This document shows positions 50,601-64,000 of a stretch of DNA of 64,000 bases, piece by piece. Each line of letters starts with the position of its first letter. Positions within the stretch are counted from its first letter, which is position 1. The notes under the pieces were generated by a model. The model did not search any database. It was not told the DNA's origin and saw only the letters and a program-made list of their open reading frames with translations. The translations under genes and the position numbers were made by a program. Origin of the DNA: Daphnia carinata (Eukaryota); contig NC_081333.1 of assembly GCF_022539665.2 (NCBI RefSeq), positions 2,542,001-2,606,000 on the forward strand, read 5' to 3'.

Positions 50601-50941
50601 GCCAGAGCGGCCTCGGAGCTATTCCCCTCTGCCGTCTCCACTCTATCCTCCTCATACCACTGGTAATTAATATTGAAAGAACAACTGCAAACTGTGATGT
50701 TCAGTTGGCTTCTCTTTGAGTAGTGCACTCGCCACAGGACTGGGATGACGGACGAGATTATAACAGGGCACCAATGATGCGACCAAATAACCTTCGGCAC
50801 CCACAATCAGGTGCAATGTTTCGTCACTGATGTGTACACACAGATAGTCATAACTGATTGTTTCTTTCAGGTCCGAAAACGTCATCGCCTCTTATCCAGC
50901 CAATGGATAATGGCGATCGTCATCATCGACCCCAACCTTAA
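44661..50941 (+). CDS. Tango1: Transport and Golgi organization protein 1 (TANGO1/MIA3), about 1708 aa. Exons 44661-44760, 44897-45030, 45109-48837, 48928-49080, 49167-49431, 50006-50465, 50535-50662, 50724-50810, 50871-50941
   Basis: Signal peptide MNYSLLLLVFFVVVPYIHG; MIA-type SH3 domain (SDWRLCADPEC...GDEVTIYSKEAG...LWGAEVRGKRGYIPKRLVRE); long acidic lumenal region; hydrophobic segment plus TM helix (LLVSVTTVIFLTLYY); cytosolic coiled coil (LEVLTNYFKEKE, QEKRAHENWVAARQLERRLEE); C-terminal proline-rich domain. Phases are consistent over 5127 nt. Confidence 0.92.
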
Positions 50942-53900
50942 AAAAAAAACAGAGAACGGAATGCCTGGTTGTTTCTTTTGTTATTATTTTTCTTGATTTT
51001 CTTTTTCATAACAGAATTGAAGCTTCTTTAAGAAAAAAAAAAGGTGGAACGTTTTGTTTGCGTGTTCCTGATTGAACAACAGAGCCGCACGATGTGCCGA
51101 AAATGAAAAAAGAAAACAAAAAGCGAATCGATGTTATACAGAATGAATATAAAAAAAGGAAATGAGATACGAAGAAAGAGAGAAAAAAAAAATCGAACCT
51201 AAAAATTTCTTTTGTTCTGTATTTTGCTTTTGTATTTGTGTGTGCTTGGAAGAGCCGGAAGAGTTTTTTTTTTTTAGTGGGTCATCAAGTAACCCATCCA
51301 GTATTTTTCTTTTTAATAGGGAGGAGGGTAGATTTAACTTGCTCGCCGTCCAGTTAGAAAGCCCAAGACTATAGGGAAAGAAATACGGATGATGTTGAAC
51401 ACCGAAGAAGAAGAACGACTTGTTGGGTGTTTATTTTGTTCTTTTTTTTTTTTTTTCAAGTTACCCAATGGTCCCAATTTATCCTAAAGATTTCATTGCC
51501 CATTTGGCCGTTTTCCCCGAACGGTCGTAAAAGAGAAATGAAAATAGGAGAAAGAGGGGAAGGGTGAAAAAGAAAGTCTTAACATTGAAAACATCTCATT
51601 GCGTTCCTAGTTGGTAGGGCTAAGAATATGTTCCATGTAGTTTAAAGTCTCCCATTGTCAGTTTTTGCCCTTCCGAATAGCCTCAGTTGGTAAACGTTGT
51701 ACACTTTCAAAAACAAATGTTCTATTTGATGATTTTCATTTTCTCATTTTCAATCTTAATCTCTTTCACACTATTTTGTCATGATTGAAGTTGATTTATA
51801 CGCCAGTTTTCCTATTAAAAAACTACCCAAATTTTGATGAATTTTGCCAATAGTTTAGTTTTCCATTTAACATCGACAACTCTTTTGAATTCCTAATTGT
51901 CTCACTCACTGATTATTTTAGAATCATCCCTGCGGAACGGGTTGGACGGTTTTGTTCGTAGGGATCTCCCTCACTCGGATATCGATTGAAGAAAACAGGG
52001 GAGAGCAAGGATCGAATTGAAAAAAAAAAAAGAAAAGTTTATTTTTCTTTCTGCAGGTTGGCGTAGGAAGCAGTATATGGAGGATAACACAAACAATCTC
52101 CTTAATCTTTATTCTTGTGCCATCGTGCGTGAACCGAGTGGATTCAAACGAGCTGCTCGTTCAGATGAGTCTTTGCATGCATCGATGACTCCGCCTAGTT
52201 TCTCAGGATTCGTCGGCAACCTTCGATATCCAAGTTAGTAAAAAAAAAAAATCCATTTGAAAAAAAAAAAATGAATGGCGTGAAAGAGTTCCAATATCGG
52301 ATATCATCCGCATTTGATGACGTTCTGAAAAAGACGTTAATTGCTGAAAAGGAAAACGGCCAGTCGGCGGATCAATCCACTCCATCCATTTTTTTTTTTG
52401 TTGTTGTTTAAACTTGTAAATGTTGCGTTCAAGTAGCTGAAGAAGGCGAGTGTACGTCTGTGTCTATCCTGACTATCAAACAAACGCCTCCGGTAAAAGG
52501 TTAGATGGGTTCAATAGACTATTATCGATATCTCCATTTCTGTATGCAAAACACAATGATGTGCACTCACGTTTTCGACTGTCCAGCGTATAAAGACCAA
52601 AACCAGTAGCCGGGCCGGAGGTTATGATCCTTCTGGTCGGGTATTCTTGTGTAACCAAAGACTTATTTATTTTTTTCTTCTTCTTCTTCTAGGCGAATGA
52701 ATCAAAAACAAGAAACTCAGTCAACTTTGTCAACGCGATGTAACACAAGATGGGTAAGCTTACATTCCGCCAGTCGGTATTTATATTGTCCGAAGACGCG
52801 TGTGTTACTCGACACTAAAGCAACGTACCTTTATGGTAACTAAGATGTTGTACTTTTTAACACAAAAAAAAAAAAAAAACGTCTCTTGTGAAATGTGTAC
52901 CAAACAGCAACGGGATGCAGGTCGCTGGATCCAGCGTAACTTTAGCCGCCCCGAGGATCACAAATCGTAGCCGGAGCATTGAAATCTGATGACGAGAGGA
53001 CAATGTAGACACTCGCATCCGCTTGGCACGCATTCAGGTGATGAAAGAGTCTTTTTCAAGTTGTTATCCTTTATTTGACGCACGCGAACGTCCGTGAATC
53101 GTGGCGGTGGCATGTCAAGATTATTGCTCCAACACTTGGAAAGATGAACTGATCTTGCTTTGGTTTAAAAAAAAAAATGAAACGTGCCCGTTTCGAAAGA
53201 AACACAGCCGGCCCTTCGCTTTCTATGAAGATGGAGAGAAAAACAGGAAAAGAAGTGACTGCCGCGAATGGTTTTCTCCGGAAGCAAAAGAAAGCCATTA
53301 AGTCTCTTTTGCGCCTCGGTTCTTTCCCATTTTTCGTTGCATTCGCACACAACCACCATTGGCTAAAAAGCTTTTCTTCATTCTCTCTCTTATTCCCTCC
53401 TTCGTTCTTCCCTTCTTCTCGTTCTCATCCGATAGTTTTCCATGTTTGTTTTCTTAACGGATCATTTCGCTTTTGGCGTGTATACATACTTTGTAAATAT
53501 TCCCGGATCTCCTCGTCGATGGAGCTGCGAGGCTGCTGGACTGCAATATTACCCTGGCGGCAGTGTAGGTTTTTTTCTTTCTTAATATATAAGTTGTAAA
53601 AGCGGCACATTCGTAGCTGCCGGCCGAAATATAATAATCCTTACTTGATTCATTTCCCATGAAGATAGAAAAGAGGAGATCTCGAGTAATGAGTCTTTCT
53701 TCCGGTCTCTGAAGGGCCTATACAACATCGATAAGACGGACGTAAAAAAAAAAAAAAAACCGGAATAAAAACAAGCTAAAGAAATCGAGAAGAGAAAAAC
53801 AAAACAAACATCTAAAAAGCGGTTTTAGATAGTAGAAATTGTAACACTAAACCGCGGCCAGCCAACACACTCAACAGCCGCAAAAACAAAACTATGCGAC

Positions 53901-55207
53901 TAATGTTACAGTTACGGCCCGTTGATTGTCTACAGCCGACCAGTCCCGCATACTTCCGTTAAACGCCAAAGCGAGGCGGCCCACAGATGCCGTTGGCTGC
54001 GCTTGGCTCTTGTAACGCTGACCCGATATATGCGTATCTATAGGCTCTAAAGAAAAAGGCCGTAATAAAAGAAAACTCACTCGACCGTTGATGTGACGCA
54101 AAGATGCAACACAATACCTACAATGCTCCTAAAAGCTACACGAGCTTTTGTGGCCGATATGATGACATGATGCCTGCAAGGAGTCGATCCTTTTTTTGTG
54201 TATGTGTGGAGAGGGAGATGGAGCGGCCGCTATTGTAGTGCACGCAGCCAACGGGACGACAATAAAAGTACGGAGGTGATGAGGAGCTCTTCGGCATTGC
54301 TTTTCATACAAACAAAAGACAATTTTCGTTTGTACAAGCAAAAAAATGAGAAGTAGAAGGGAAAAAAAAAAAAAATAATAAAAGGTAACGATTTCTCCAT
54401 TCATTTCCAGAAGGGTTCGGTCGTCCGATTGATCGTCAAATTTCTTTTGTTTCGTTCAGGATTTTTTTTTTTGTTTTATTTCACGCTTGGCAACCACGTG
54501 GTTTTATTGTTTGTGGCTGTTGTTCAGTCGGGCTCAAATTCAATTTGTTTCATTTTTTTTGCTGCTGTGATCGTTCGCTTATCCCAGGTCGTCGTTCAAA
54601 ATATTGGTGTGAATCATTGGTCACGTCCATCTTGAACGTTTTTTTTTTTTAGCTTCCAACCTTCTTCTCCTATCCGATTTCAAAACACTAAAGAAAAAAA
54701 AAAATGTACATGCGCAAAAAAAAAAAAAAAACTGAAATGAAAATTTAAGAATGAATCGATTTTTGATGGCCGCAAACACAGAGCGCTGTAAAAAGTTTTG
54801 CGAAGGCCGCCGAAAGTTTCCTATTTGATCAAGTAGCTTATACGCTTGGCCTGTATCATCAAACCCGGTCCGTTTTTATTCCTCCTAGTCATAGCGGATT
54901 TCTGATGCTTCTACTTTTTGATTTCCCTCACCACAACAAATTTTTTTTTTTCCCTTATTATTTTTATGCATCTCGATAAAATATTCTCAGTCGAGTAGGA
55001 AGAGTTTGGTCGGCAACGCCGACGCTCCTGAATTTGCGTAACATTCCTTCTTTTCCGCTCCGCACAGGCGCATTTCGTTTATCTTTTTTTTTTTTTTCTT
55101 AGACTATCCCGTTGCCCGGGAAAAGTATTGATCGGGGTGGTCGCTGAAAGTTGCTGCTGCGCGGTAATATTATCGGCTCGTGAGCCTTTCCAACCTCCCC
55201 TCTACTA

Positions 55208-55234
55208 CCCCCCCCCCCCCCCCCCCCCCCCCCC
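55208..55234. repeat. Poly-C tract (27 nt) about 1 kb upstream of the neurexin start codon
   Basis: Uninterrupted C run seen directly. Confidence 0.9.
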
Positions 55235-56257
55235 AAAACCAACTCCTCCCTGGAGTTTGGCCACGGCTCTGTGCTGGCCAAGCCATGGCGTCCTATAAGA
55301 CCTGCGTCTCAACTTGCCGGGGCCCCCAACGTAACTAACAAAACGGAGATGAGCAGTTGGGTTGGGTGAGAAAAATAAAAGGGGAGGCGGGGTAAGAAGG
55401 CAAAAAAAAAAAAAGGGAAGGTTTCCTATATAGCTCCGTAGAGACGGACTTTCTAACAGAGACGGGGTGTAGTATTGTGTTCTGTCTAGTGTGTCTTTGG
55501 TCGTCGAGCGTCAGAGTCGATGCGACTACGACATCATCAAGTCGCAGCCGTTTCTACAGCCCAGTTTTCAATTTTTGTGACACATTTACGTTTGTGTGTA
55601 GTGCAGTGTAAGGATGCATTTCTAACAAAAAATAACGTGTCTTACCCTGCTCTACCCAAACGTGTGACGTCGACATTTTGATTATCGACGAGAAAGAAAA
55701 AAGCGGACCCTACCCCCAATCGGATTTTGTTCGCCATTTTCCCCCTTTTCTTTTTAAGTCTTTGGTTGTGTGTGTCTGGATTTTGTACGTTGGCCGATCT
55801 CCTCCTCCTCGCCACACAAAAGGAGAAATAACATTTTCGTGAGCTGCAGCCGACTTGATAATCACACCATCACGCCGTCCGTGATGGACTTGCCTTGTCG
55901 GTCTCGGTCGATCAATCGAAGTGGAACCTAGAGCCGACGCTACCTACCCCCCACTCTCCCGTTCGTTCGTACCATTTCACCTACATTTTCTCGGACTTGG
56001 GAGAACAACAGACTTCCCTTCCTTATTATTATTCTACATATAGAGCACAACCCATCTTCTGGCGATTTTTTCAACTTGATTGAACTCGTTTTGTTTGTGT
56101 TCCAAGAGAAGGAATCATTTTCTTTTTGTTTCTCTTTTTTGAGTGTCTTTTCATTGCTTTCAAAGCCAAGAAGAGATTTTGTTGCTATTAAAACTGGTCT
56201 AGGGGAGTGTTCTTGGAACGGCTCACAGTGTGTGGAATAGTGTGGAACACGGAGACA

Positions 56258-59200
56258 ATGGAGACGGCCAACCGACGGCGTCCGTCGTCGTTGCAATGGT
56301 GGCCCGTGTTGATCGCTTCGTTGGCGCTGTTCGGTTGGCCGATCAGCAGTAGTCGGTGGCAAGTGGCCGCATCGTCGCCATTCACGCTGGAAGGATCGCT
56401 AAATTCTTACGCCCAACTACGCAAATGGAACGCCGCATTGAACGGCACTCTGCAACTGGAGTTCCGCTCGACGCAGCCTAGCGGCCTGCTCATCTACACA
56501 GACGATGGCGGCAAATTCGATTTCTTCGAATTGAAGTTAGTCGAAGGCGCTCTGAGACTGCGCTACAATTTAGGCGCCGGTGCTCAGATTTTGACGGTTG
56601 GTCGCAACCTGAGCGACGGACATTGGCATAATGTCACCATTAAACGCAACGGCGAGCAAACGGCGCTCACCGTCGACCACGTGACGGTGACCCGAGCGTC
56701 GCGCGGCAAAGAGTTCACCTTCGGCAACCTGGCCACCAATTCGGCCGTCTATTTTGGCGGCTTGCCCGCTTGGTACAGCGCCGAACTGACCCGTCTCGCC
56801 CTACCGAGCGTCCTCTTCGAGCCGCGCTACAGAGGCGACCTGCGCAACGTCATCTACTCGGACGCCGTCGGCCAACATCCACGCCAACAGGAAATCCTCG
56901 AGTCTCAAGTAAGAGCCCGCACCGTTTCTCTTGATTGTTTATTTATTTTTTTTTTTTTAAGATGGGCCGGGCTGACAGTTCACATCCTCCTATCCCCCCC
57001 CCCCCTTCTCGAGAGAGAGAAAACAAAAACTGAGCTCCTTTTCCTTACACTTTGTTTGTCTCGACAACCGCAAGAATTCACGCGCGTTTTATTCCACAAC
57101 GTTAGGCACGAATGCGGGCAATAGATAGGAAGATTTTCTTTGACGTCCTGTCAACCACGTTGAATTTAAATATGAATCGCGGGTATTGATTTTAATACCC
57201 CGCTGAAATCGAAAGACCAACTTCAGAATATAGAGACTCTCTTAACGTTCTTGTTGCCCTCTCCGTACTCATAATTCCCCGGGATCACGATTCATCCGTT
57301 TACACACATGAGTTGACCTATATATGTATATATATACTACTCCCCCCCCCAAGTTTGATCTATTCAAAATGTTACGTTCTGCAACGAGGTTCTTTTTAGC
57401 CTTCTTGTAGCAGAAACTCACGCACAGTCGTGCATCGTACCCACGTCCCTTTTAATTAATTTTGTTTTTTCTTACCTCTTCGTGTTTATGGTGTCGAATA
57501 TCGTTTTTAGATATATATATTATTTGATCCATTTTTATCTCTTTTCTCATTGAGTCCAGGCTATAGGACAAAAATTTCCCCGACAAACAATTCGTTGGTC
57601 ATACATAGCGGGAATTAAATAATGCATATTTCTATTACAAAGTTGCGCATAAACGGACACATCCAAAGGCTTTTAAGTGAAGTTCTGAGCGACAGCGTAT
57701 AGGACTGCAGATATTCATTGCGTGCACGTTCATTTCCACTTAAATCTTTAAGCTCACTGTTTTCATTTCTCCCTTTTGTGCTCTTTATTTAACTTGACAT
57801 TTTGCAAGCCCTCCCCCAAAAAAATGTATGCAGAACGATGTGTATAAGTAGACGTACACGACGCCTGCCCGTAATGTGTAAAAGCGCTGCGGCAACGCTC
57901 TTTTTTCATTTGGCTTAAGCCAAATCTCTCGCTGGAAAAGATAATGCACTCGGAACATTTTCTGATTTTGTAATTTAGGGGCCATGCTACGAATTTGTTG
58001 TGAGCAAGCTGTATACACATTACGCAATCTACTTTCGTCTAACAAGGGAGTTTGCGTGTCGTGCGGACGAGATGCGTAGTCATGCAGAAATCCTGCCGAC
58101 CATATTCCCCCCCCCCCGCTCACGCTGTTACGCCCTCTATGTACGCACGTGATACCTGACTGGATAAAGTTGAAACTAGACAAAATATAAATTACTGGCG
58201 AGAGTGAACGCGGGATGGACGAGCAAAGCAGTGCGACTCGGCAGTGTTTTGAATGAAATTCGGAGTACACACGATCAAAGACCTCGTGAAATCCATCTAA
58301 TTATCTCTGCCTTTTCTGTTGATTATCATCGCTCTCACTGCCCTGCACCCACCCGTCCGCCAGATGAAAAGCTTTAACGTAGAACTTGAAACCTTACCTT
58401 GGACTATACCAGTCTCTTTTTTTATCTACGTCTAAGAAGAAGAAGAAGAAAACTATACGATTGTTCAAGAAGAAATGAAACCAAACAAAAAGAAATGCCG
58501 AAACAAAGAAATTCTCTGTCGGTCGTGCACTCTATTCTTTCCCTGATACAGACGTCTGTGCTGCATCCGGTGCCGATTCCGGCCCAGGGCACACTTCCTG
58601 TCTAGTCTGCAACACTATAAGAAAATATGGAATGCATTGATGGCAGTTGTGTTATAGTCAGATCAAGCGAATAGTCATCGTTCGATTGTCCTTTGTTCAA
58701 CCTCGAATCATTTTTATTATCGAGAAACTTTCACAGATTGAAGCTCACTGTCCTCTGCCCCAATAAAAAGAAATATGGAATAATGACACGTGGCAATAGT
58801 TCCCAGCAGAGGGGGATCACGATTGTCATTAACCGTGAAGGAAACCAAAACCAATCAAATGAGATTATCTGCAATTGTGTGAAAACCTGAGGATATATCT
58901 CGAGATCTTGCCATTTTGACATGTAATTTGAATCAGGGCTAATCGTTAATTACTCGGCTGCTATTCTAACTGTTGTTTGTAAATATTGCGAAAATGAAAA
59001 ACGCTTTAAATGTCACGAGACTCGTAAGAACCTTTCGTTTACACTGTACACAACTTGATCCCTCAAAGTAGAGCAATGCATAAATCATTTGTCGCCCCCA
59101 CGTAGACTCTGAATTCTTAGAAATGCAAAAAAACAAAAACATGAGGGTAATATTGGCGCTAGATGGAATATGTAGCCTCACTTGCGACGTGACTCTACGT

Positions 59201-61271
59201 GAATAGAATAACGATATCACATCGAAACCTTTGGTGTTTCAACATGTTCCATTTTGCAAGGCCGATATACGAAAGAAGAAATTACAGCCTCGTCTTTATC
59301 TACTCCTCATTCTTCTAGTGGAACAGCTGGGCGCTGTCCGTTAGCTGAAGATTGACATCTCACCGTGTAAACGTAATTTGTCATACTCATTGTTTTTTTA
59401 AAACGTGGAATTAGAACACTATGACGGCTTAAACAAGCTCACGTATCCACTTTGTGTTTATTATTAAAACGTCCAAGGATGCATATGGCAATCAATTTTT
59501 ACAATGAGGTCAGGGTGGCACATGAATTGTCAATTACATTTCGGCACGCTACTTGCACGAGATTCCCCATTGGAGAAAGGGACCCTGGTTCACCGCTACC
59601 GTTCTCGACGTACTTTCTTTGCCTGTCACCGCAGCAATCATTTTTCGATTACCGCGAAAATGTGGGCAGATGGCACTCTGCAGCGTGGGTGTTTTCTTTT
59701 TGTTTAGTTAGAATACATATCCCCAATGAATAGTTTTTTTTTTATCTAGATCGTGGACAACTATTAACGATCAACAAAACGTCTTCGCAGAGTTAACTTC
59801 GGTGAATTTTAGCAATGACGTCAAACGTGCCAGATGGCGTGCTGTTACTGGAGAAGCATCAACTGATACTTGGGTCTTTTTAGAAGTACATGGATTGACC
59901 GTAAAAGACCCTCTGTAGGTACTTGCATCGAAGAGATCGAATTATTGGGTCACCGCCATTTCCCGCGTGCCCCAATCTAATATAGCGTGACCCTGTTAGA
60001 AGTTGGATGCAATACTCGTGTTTGTTTCACGTTCTTCCTTTCTTACGTTGGGACTCCAGTTGCGTAGGCGGCAGGGCGTAGGTGGGGTATTTAAAAAAAT
60101 ACAAATGGTGGATCTATTCTGATGTATTGACTCGGATGTTTGATAGACGAGACTCGAGAGGCATCGTGAAACGACCCTGCGGGGAAATGCAAAGCACCGT
60201 TGGCTTTCTGTTTTTATCATTTTTGCAAAAAAAGAAGAAGATGAAAAGACAAAAGACGTTAGAAAATATGAGGCACCCACTAGAAGATTGCGAGGACAAA
60301 TAGATTTTGTCGTTTGAAATACAATGCCATATCGTGTTATCTCCTTTGCCCGTCCATCGGCTTTATGGTCTTGTATGATGACGAAAGACACACGCGTACC
60401 ATCAAGCGAGCAGCGAAATAGACGAGTCGAGTGTCTATTAAATAGTAAAAGTGTTGGAACATTTGAACTTTTTCTTTCTGAGAACAGTCTGTGATATTTG
60501 CTTTTTGTGGTGCAGTTGTTGAGTTTTATTGAACTGTTTGTTTGTCACACTCTGTCTGATCTCATTCTCTGTTGACAACAAACATTTGGACTTTTTAGTG
60601 CAAACTTCCAGTTCATTTGGATTTACATATCGTGTTGCGATCAACATTATACCCGTGTCACTTGTGTAATCCAGCACAATCGACGAGCAAACATCGATCA
60701 CAGTGTCACTCTTTTCGACTTATATACTTCATTGATCTTTTCGTTTTTCCCTCTGCTCAATGACAGATGCAATAGATTCGCAGAATCCACGTCGCCTTTT
60801 TTTTTTTGCTTCTGCGAAAAGAAGGAAATGATTCTGTTATTTCCCAACTGGTACATAATTCCGTTTAGAAAACAATAGTCAGTGAGACTGTGTGATTCGC
60901 ACACGAGATTCTAACTCCTTTAAGAGCTGATTACATTCTTCGATGTACATCAGTGTCGTAAAGAGAATCAGTGACACTCAATGGAATCAACGAATCAAGT
61001 GAACCAAACACATTGATGTGGATTCCGTGCGTGCTGAACGCGTGACACATGAGCAATTCCGGAATGCTTTCCATGTGCTGCCTTCTATTGTTTCTTTTAG
61101 TCTCATCCCCCTTTCTTGTTTTTCTGTTGTCTTAGGGAGTACGAGTCAGCCAGTTCGACATGTGCGTTCAACACGATCCTTGCCAGCACGGAGGTATTTG
61201 CATCAACACGGACACGGGCCCCGTTTGCGAATGCAGGAATCTCGATTATGACGGACCGTTTTGTGAGAAAG
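56258..61271 (+). CDS. Nrx-1: Alpha-neurexin (Nrx-1 orthologue), first two coding exons 56258-56908 and 61136-61271. The gene continues beyond the window
   Basis: Signal peptide (WWPVLIASLALFGWP); first laminin-G domain (FTLEGSLNSYAQLRKWNAALNGTLQLEFRSTQPSGLLIYTDDGGKFDFFELKLVEGALRLRYNLG...LSDGHWHNV...LALPSVLFEPRYRG); EGF exon (CVQHDPCQHGGICINTDTGPVCECRNLDYDGPFCEK). Donors CAA|gtaag and AAAG|gtaag. Confidence 0.93.
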
Positions 61272-64000
61272 GTAAGGGCGAAATAATCGATAAAATTCAA
61301 TAATGTTAGAGAATATTGGATAACATGTTGCCGCCATTAGCCATTGGCCATTAGCAAAACAATATGGGATACAGTGCTACCTTGATTTATGAGTGCCACC
61401 ACGTTACGCAGATGTTGTTGCCAAGGTGTAGTGAACTTCTAAAGTCTTTCTTGGGCTTAACTGCTAACTTTTTAAGCACTTTTATGGAAGCTTTGGACAT
61501 TTCAAAGGTGAGAAAATTCAATATCGAATAACGGCCGTCACGGCCGGCCTAAGTATCCATAACGGGTGGAGAAAGAACGTTTGCTTTTGTAAGCAAATTA
61601 AGATGTGTAGAGTTTCAACTTCGTTGCTGGACATTTACACCTGGTTTCATGTGTTTACATATCGTGTTATGCATCCACTGGACGCTCGAGGTGTCCCATG
61701 CCGCCATTTGCATTGATTTTTAAATGAATCTATCAACATGCATTTGATTACGATCAACTTCAAATGCTTGTACGGCATAAATTCTTAGAAATTATTTGAT
61801 TTATCAAAAGTAAAGATAGGATGAGCAGATTTTTTTACGATGTTGGAAAGTTAAAGATCGATAATTAATGTCCCGTCATAAAACAAATAGATTTTATTTT
61901 TGTTTCTTTATTTTAAAGGGTCTATTGCTGCGTCTCTCTCCTTGTTATACTGCTGTTATTTTATCGTGTCATTGTATCGTGTTATTTATAAAGTAATGGG
62001 GGGGAGGGGAGGAACATTGGTATACAAGAAACAAGTGCCAGTGATAGAGTATGGTGTAAAGCGCGCTGTATAAGTGACTCGTTATTCTCGACTGTTGTTT
62101 ATACGACGACGGTAAATTGTCTTCAGTTAACGATGCCATTACGATTTATTTATTAAATCGTTAAAAGGCCGATACATCCAACAGCAATTGACGAGCTTTC
62201 GAGTGGACATTTGTCTTTATTTTCGAAATCAATAGATCTCTTTCTAGTCAACTTAAGACGCCATTATGGTAGTAGACGCTTGCTCTCGTTACAATGTCCG
62301 ACTCGTTGGTTCCGTAAAGCTGGGCCAGCTCTTTTCTTCGCCGTCCATTGTCCGTTTCCATAAGACTCGCGCCCTTTATTATTTATTGTTATTTTTATTT
62401 GCCCTTTTCTTTTTTTTGGCGCTATTGTTAGTCGGAGAGCAGTCTTTAGATGTAAACTACCCGAAATTGCTTCAAAAGTTTAAACTCAGACAAAACGCGA
62501 GTTGCAAGAAGTTGGGTGCGGATTGCTTTCAAAACGGGACAAACTAACCAAGCGGGAAATTCAACCAAACAGCTAGATAATAATGTAAGAAAATCAGACA
62601 GACAAATGATAAAGAGATGGATCGAGTTATTGATTCAAGAGGGGTATACAGTAAATCCACCATGGCCGGGACCATCAAGATATGACTGTCTGCAAAGTAA
62701 ACAAGAAAAGAGCGCAATGGCCAACAGCTTGTCAACTGATGATCGTGAATGAACGGTCTGGTGCCTTGTCCTATGTCTGTCCTTTCAATAGAGAAGATCC
62801 CCGTTTTGTTGCGCTGACAGATCAAAAGGGCAAAGCAGTTTGCACCAAGTGTGTGTACATATACAAGGCTTTAAAAGACGTTCAATTCAAGCAGTCCCTT
62901 TTTGTGTATGAGGCTTCCTGAGTGAAGGTGAAGAGGGACTGAAATAGAAAGCAATTTCGTACGAGTATTATTTTTTTTTTTTTTTTAAGCCTATGCTCAA
63001 ATGTTCCAAGACTTATTTATAGCGAGGCATTAGCAAACAAAACCCAATTTTTTTTTTGCGTAGTCGGGGTAAGTGTTTTGTTTCAACATGGGTCGATCTA
63101 CTGTTGGTGGCTGCGTTGGGTTTCTTGATGTGCATGGATCGATTCATTCGCCATGGTGATGCGAAGTAAACAAAAGTGCCGTGTTGGCATGCTGTTGGGA
63201 GTTTGCAAAGGACGTCCGACCCTAGGCGTGGTTCTCTCTGATCCATCCCCGTTCCATCAAAAAAATAGTTTTGGGATTCAGAGAAACGTCAGTTGGACAT
63301 AGTACTGTTTTTCGCTTGCATAATGAGAGTTTGCAAGCCCTGTAGGGACTTTGCTGAAAACAAGTGGAGGGCTATTAACTTTGCGGTTGAAAAACGGGAG
63401 GCGTTTGCTGGAGCTTTAACATAAGCAAGTTGAATCGCCATTGCAAATAATGACCATGCAGCATAATCTATATAATTACAAGAATATCACCGTCGAGTAG
63501 ATCGGATTGATACATATGGATTCGCAATATCCTTAGCGTATCTATTGGCTTCAACATCGAGATCGTTCGTTTAGCATAATTCTCCTTGGCACTTTCGGTA
63601 GACCGAAGTTTTTTCAAAACTTAAAGATCAACTGAAACCAATCCTCCCTTTAGCCACACAGTCGATAGCTCACTGTCTTGCAGTATATGTATGTACAACA
63701 GTGAAGGGTTGGAAGGTGGCAGTTTATTATGTTGCCGGTAATGACGTCGTTGATCTCAGCTCCCATAACGACGCACACGGTTGAGGGGGCGAAGGTTTGT
63801 GGAGTAGTGGGAGGGTATGGCCATACGTCTAGTCCGACTGAACAGCATGGAACATCCCCAGCTCGTACTGTTTTTATCTGGCATCTTCCGTAAAGAGAAA
63901 GAGCCCGTAGCGTGTCTATATCATGACGACGCCATCATTTTTGTTTCCTATGGAAAATGACGTTGGTCATAAACTTAAGGGTCGGGTAGTTTTGGCCGTA

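Noticed and set aside
1..64000. Prokaryotic-type systems (CRISPR arrays, operons, intact IS elements or transposases)
   Set aside because: The sequence is spliced eukaryotic DNA. No regularly spaced direct repeats or intact transposase/RT ORFs were seen.

Overview
AT-rich, intron-containing animal genomic DNA. Short introns (about 60-80 nt), A-rich 3' splice sites, long homopolymer runs and gene content suggest a crustacean, most likely Daphnia (inference). Gene order: 3' part of IFT81 (+); a degenerate tRNA-Arg(TCT); an orphan secreted Thr/Val-rich protein (-); a compact 793-aa timeless paralog (-); an aldo-keto reductase with a His-to-Gln change in the catalytic tetrad (+); mitochondrial PNPase PNPT1 (-); about 11 kb of non-coding DNA; a Na+/Ca2+ exchanger (NCX/Calx, +); an intron-containing tRNA-Thr(CGT) pseudogene (-); TANGO1/MIA3 (+) with a His-rich lumenal tract; and the first two coding exons of alpha-neurexin (+). 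The most interesting signal is in NCX. It has two tandem 159-nt paralogous exons that each encode the transmembrane segment leading into the alpha-2 ion-translocation repeat, consistent with mutually exclusive splicing. An intronic element between them can base-pair either upstream of exon A or downstream of exon B, a candidate competing-RNA-structure switch. Exon boundaries were derived by hand from GT/AG sites and phase continuity; no database searches were run.
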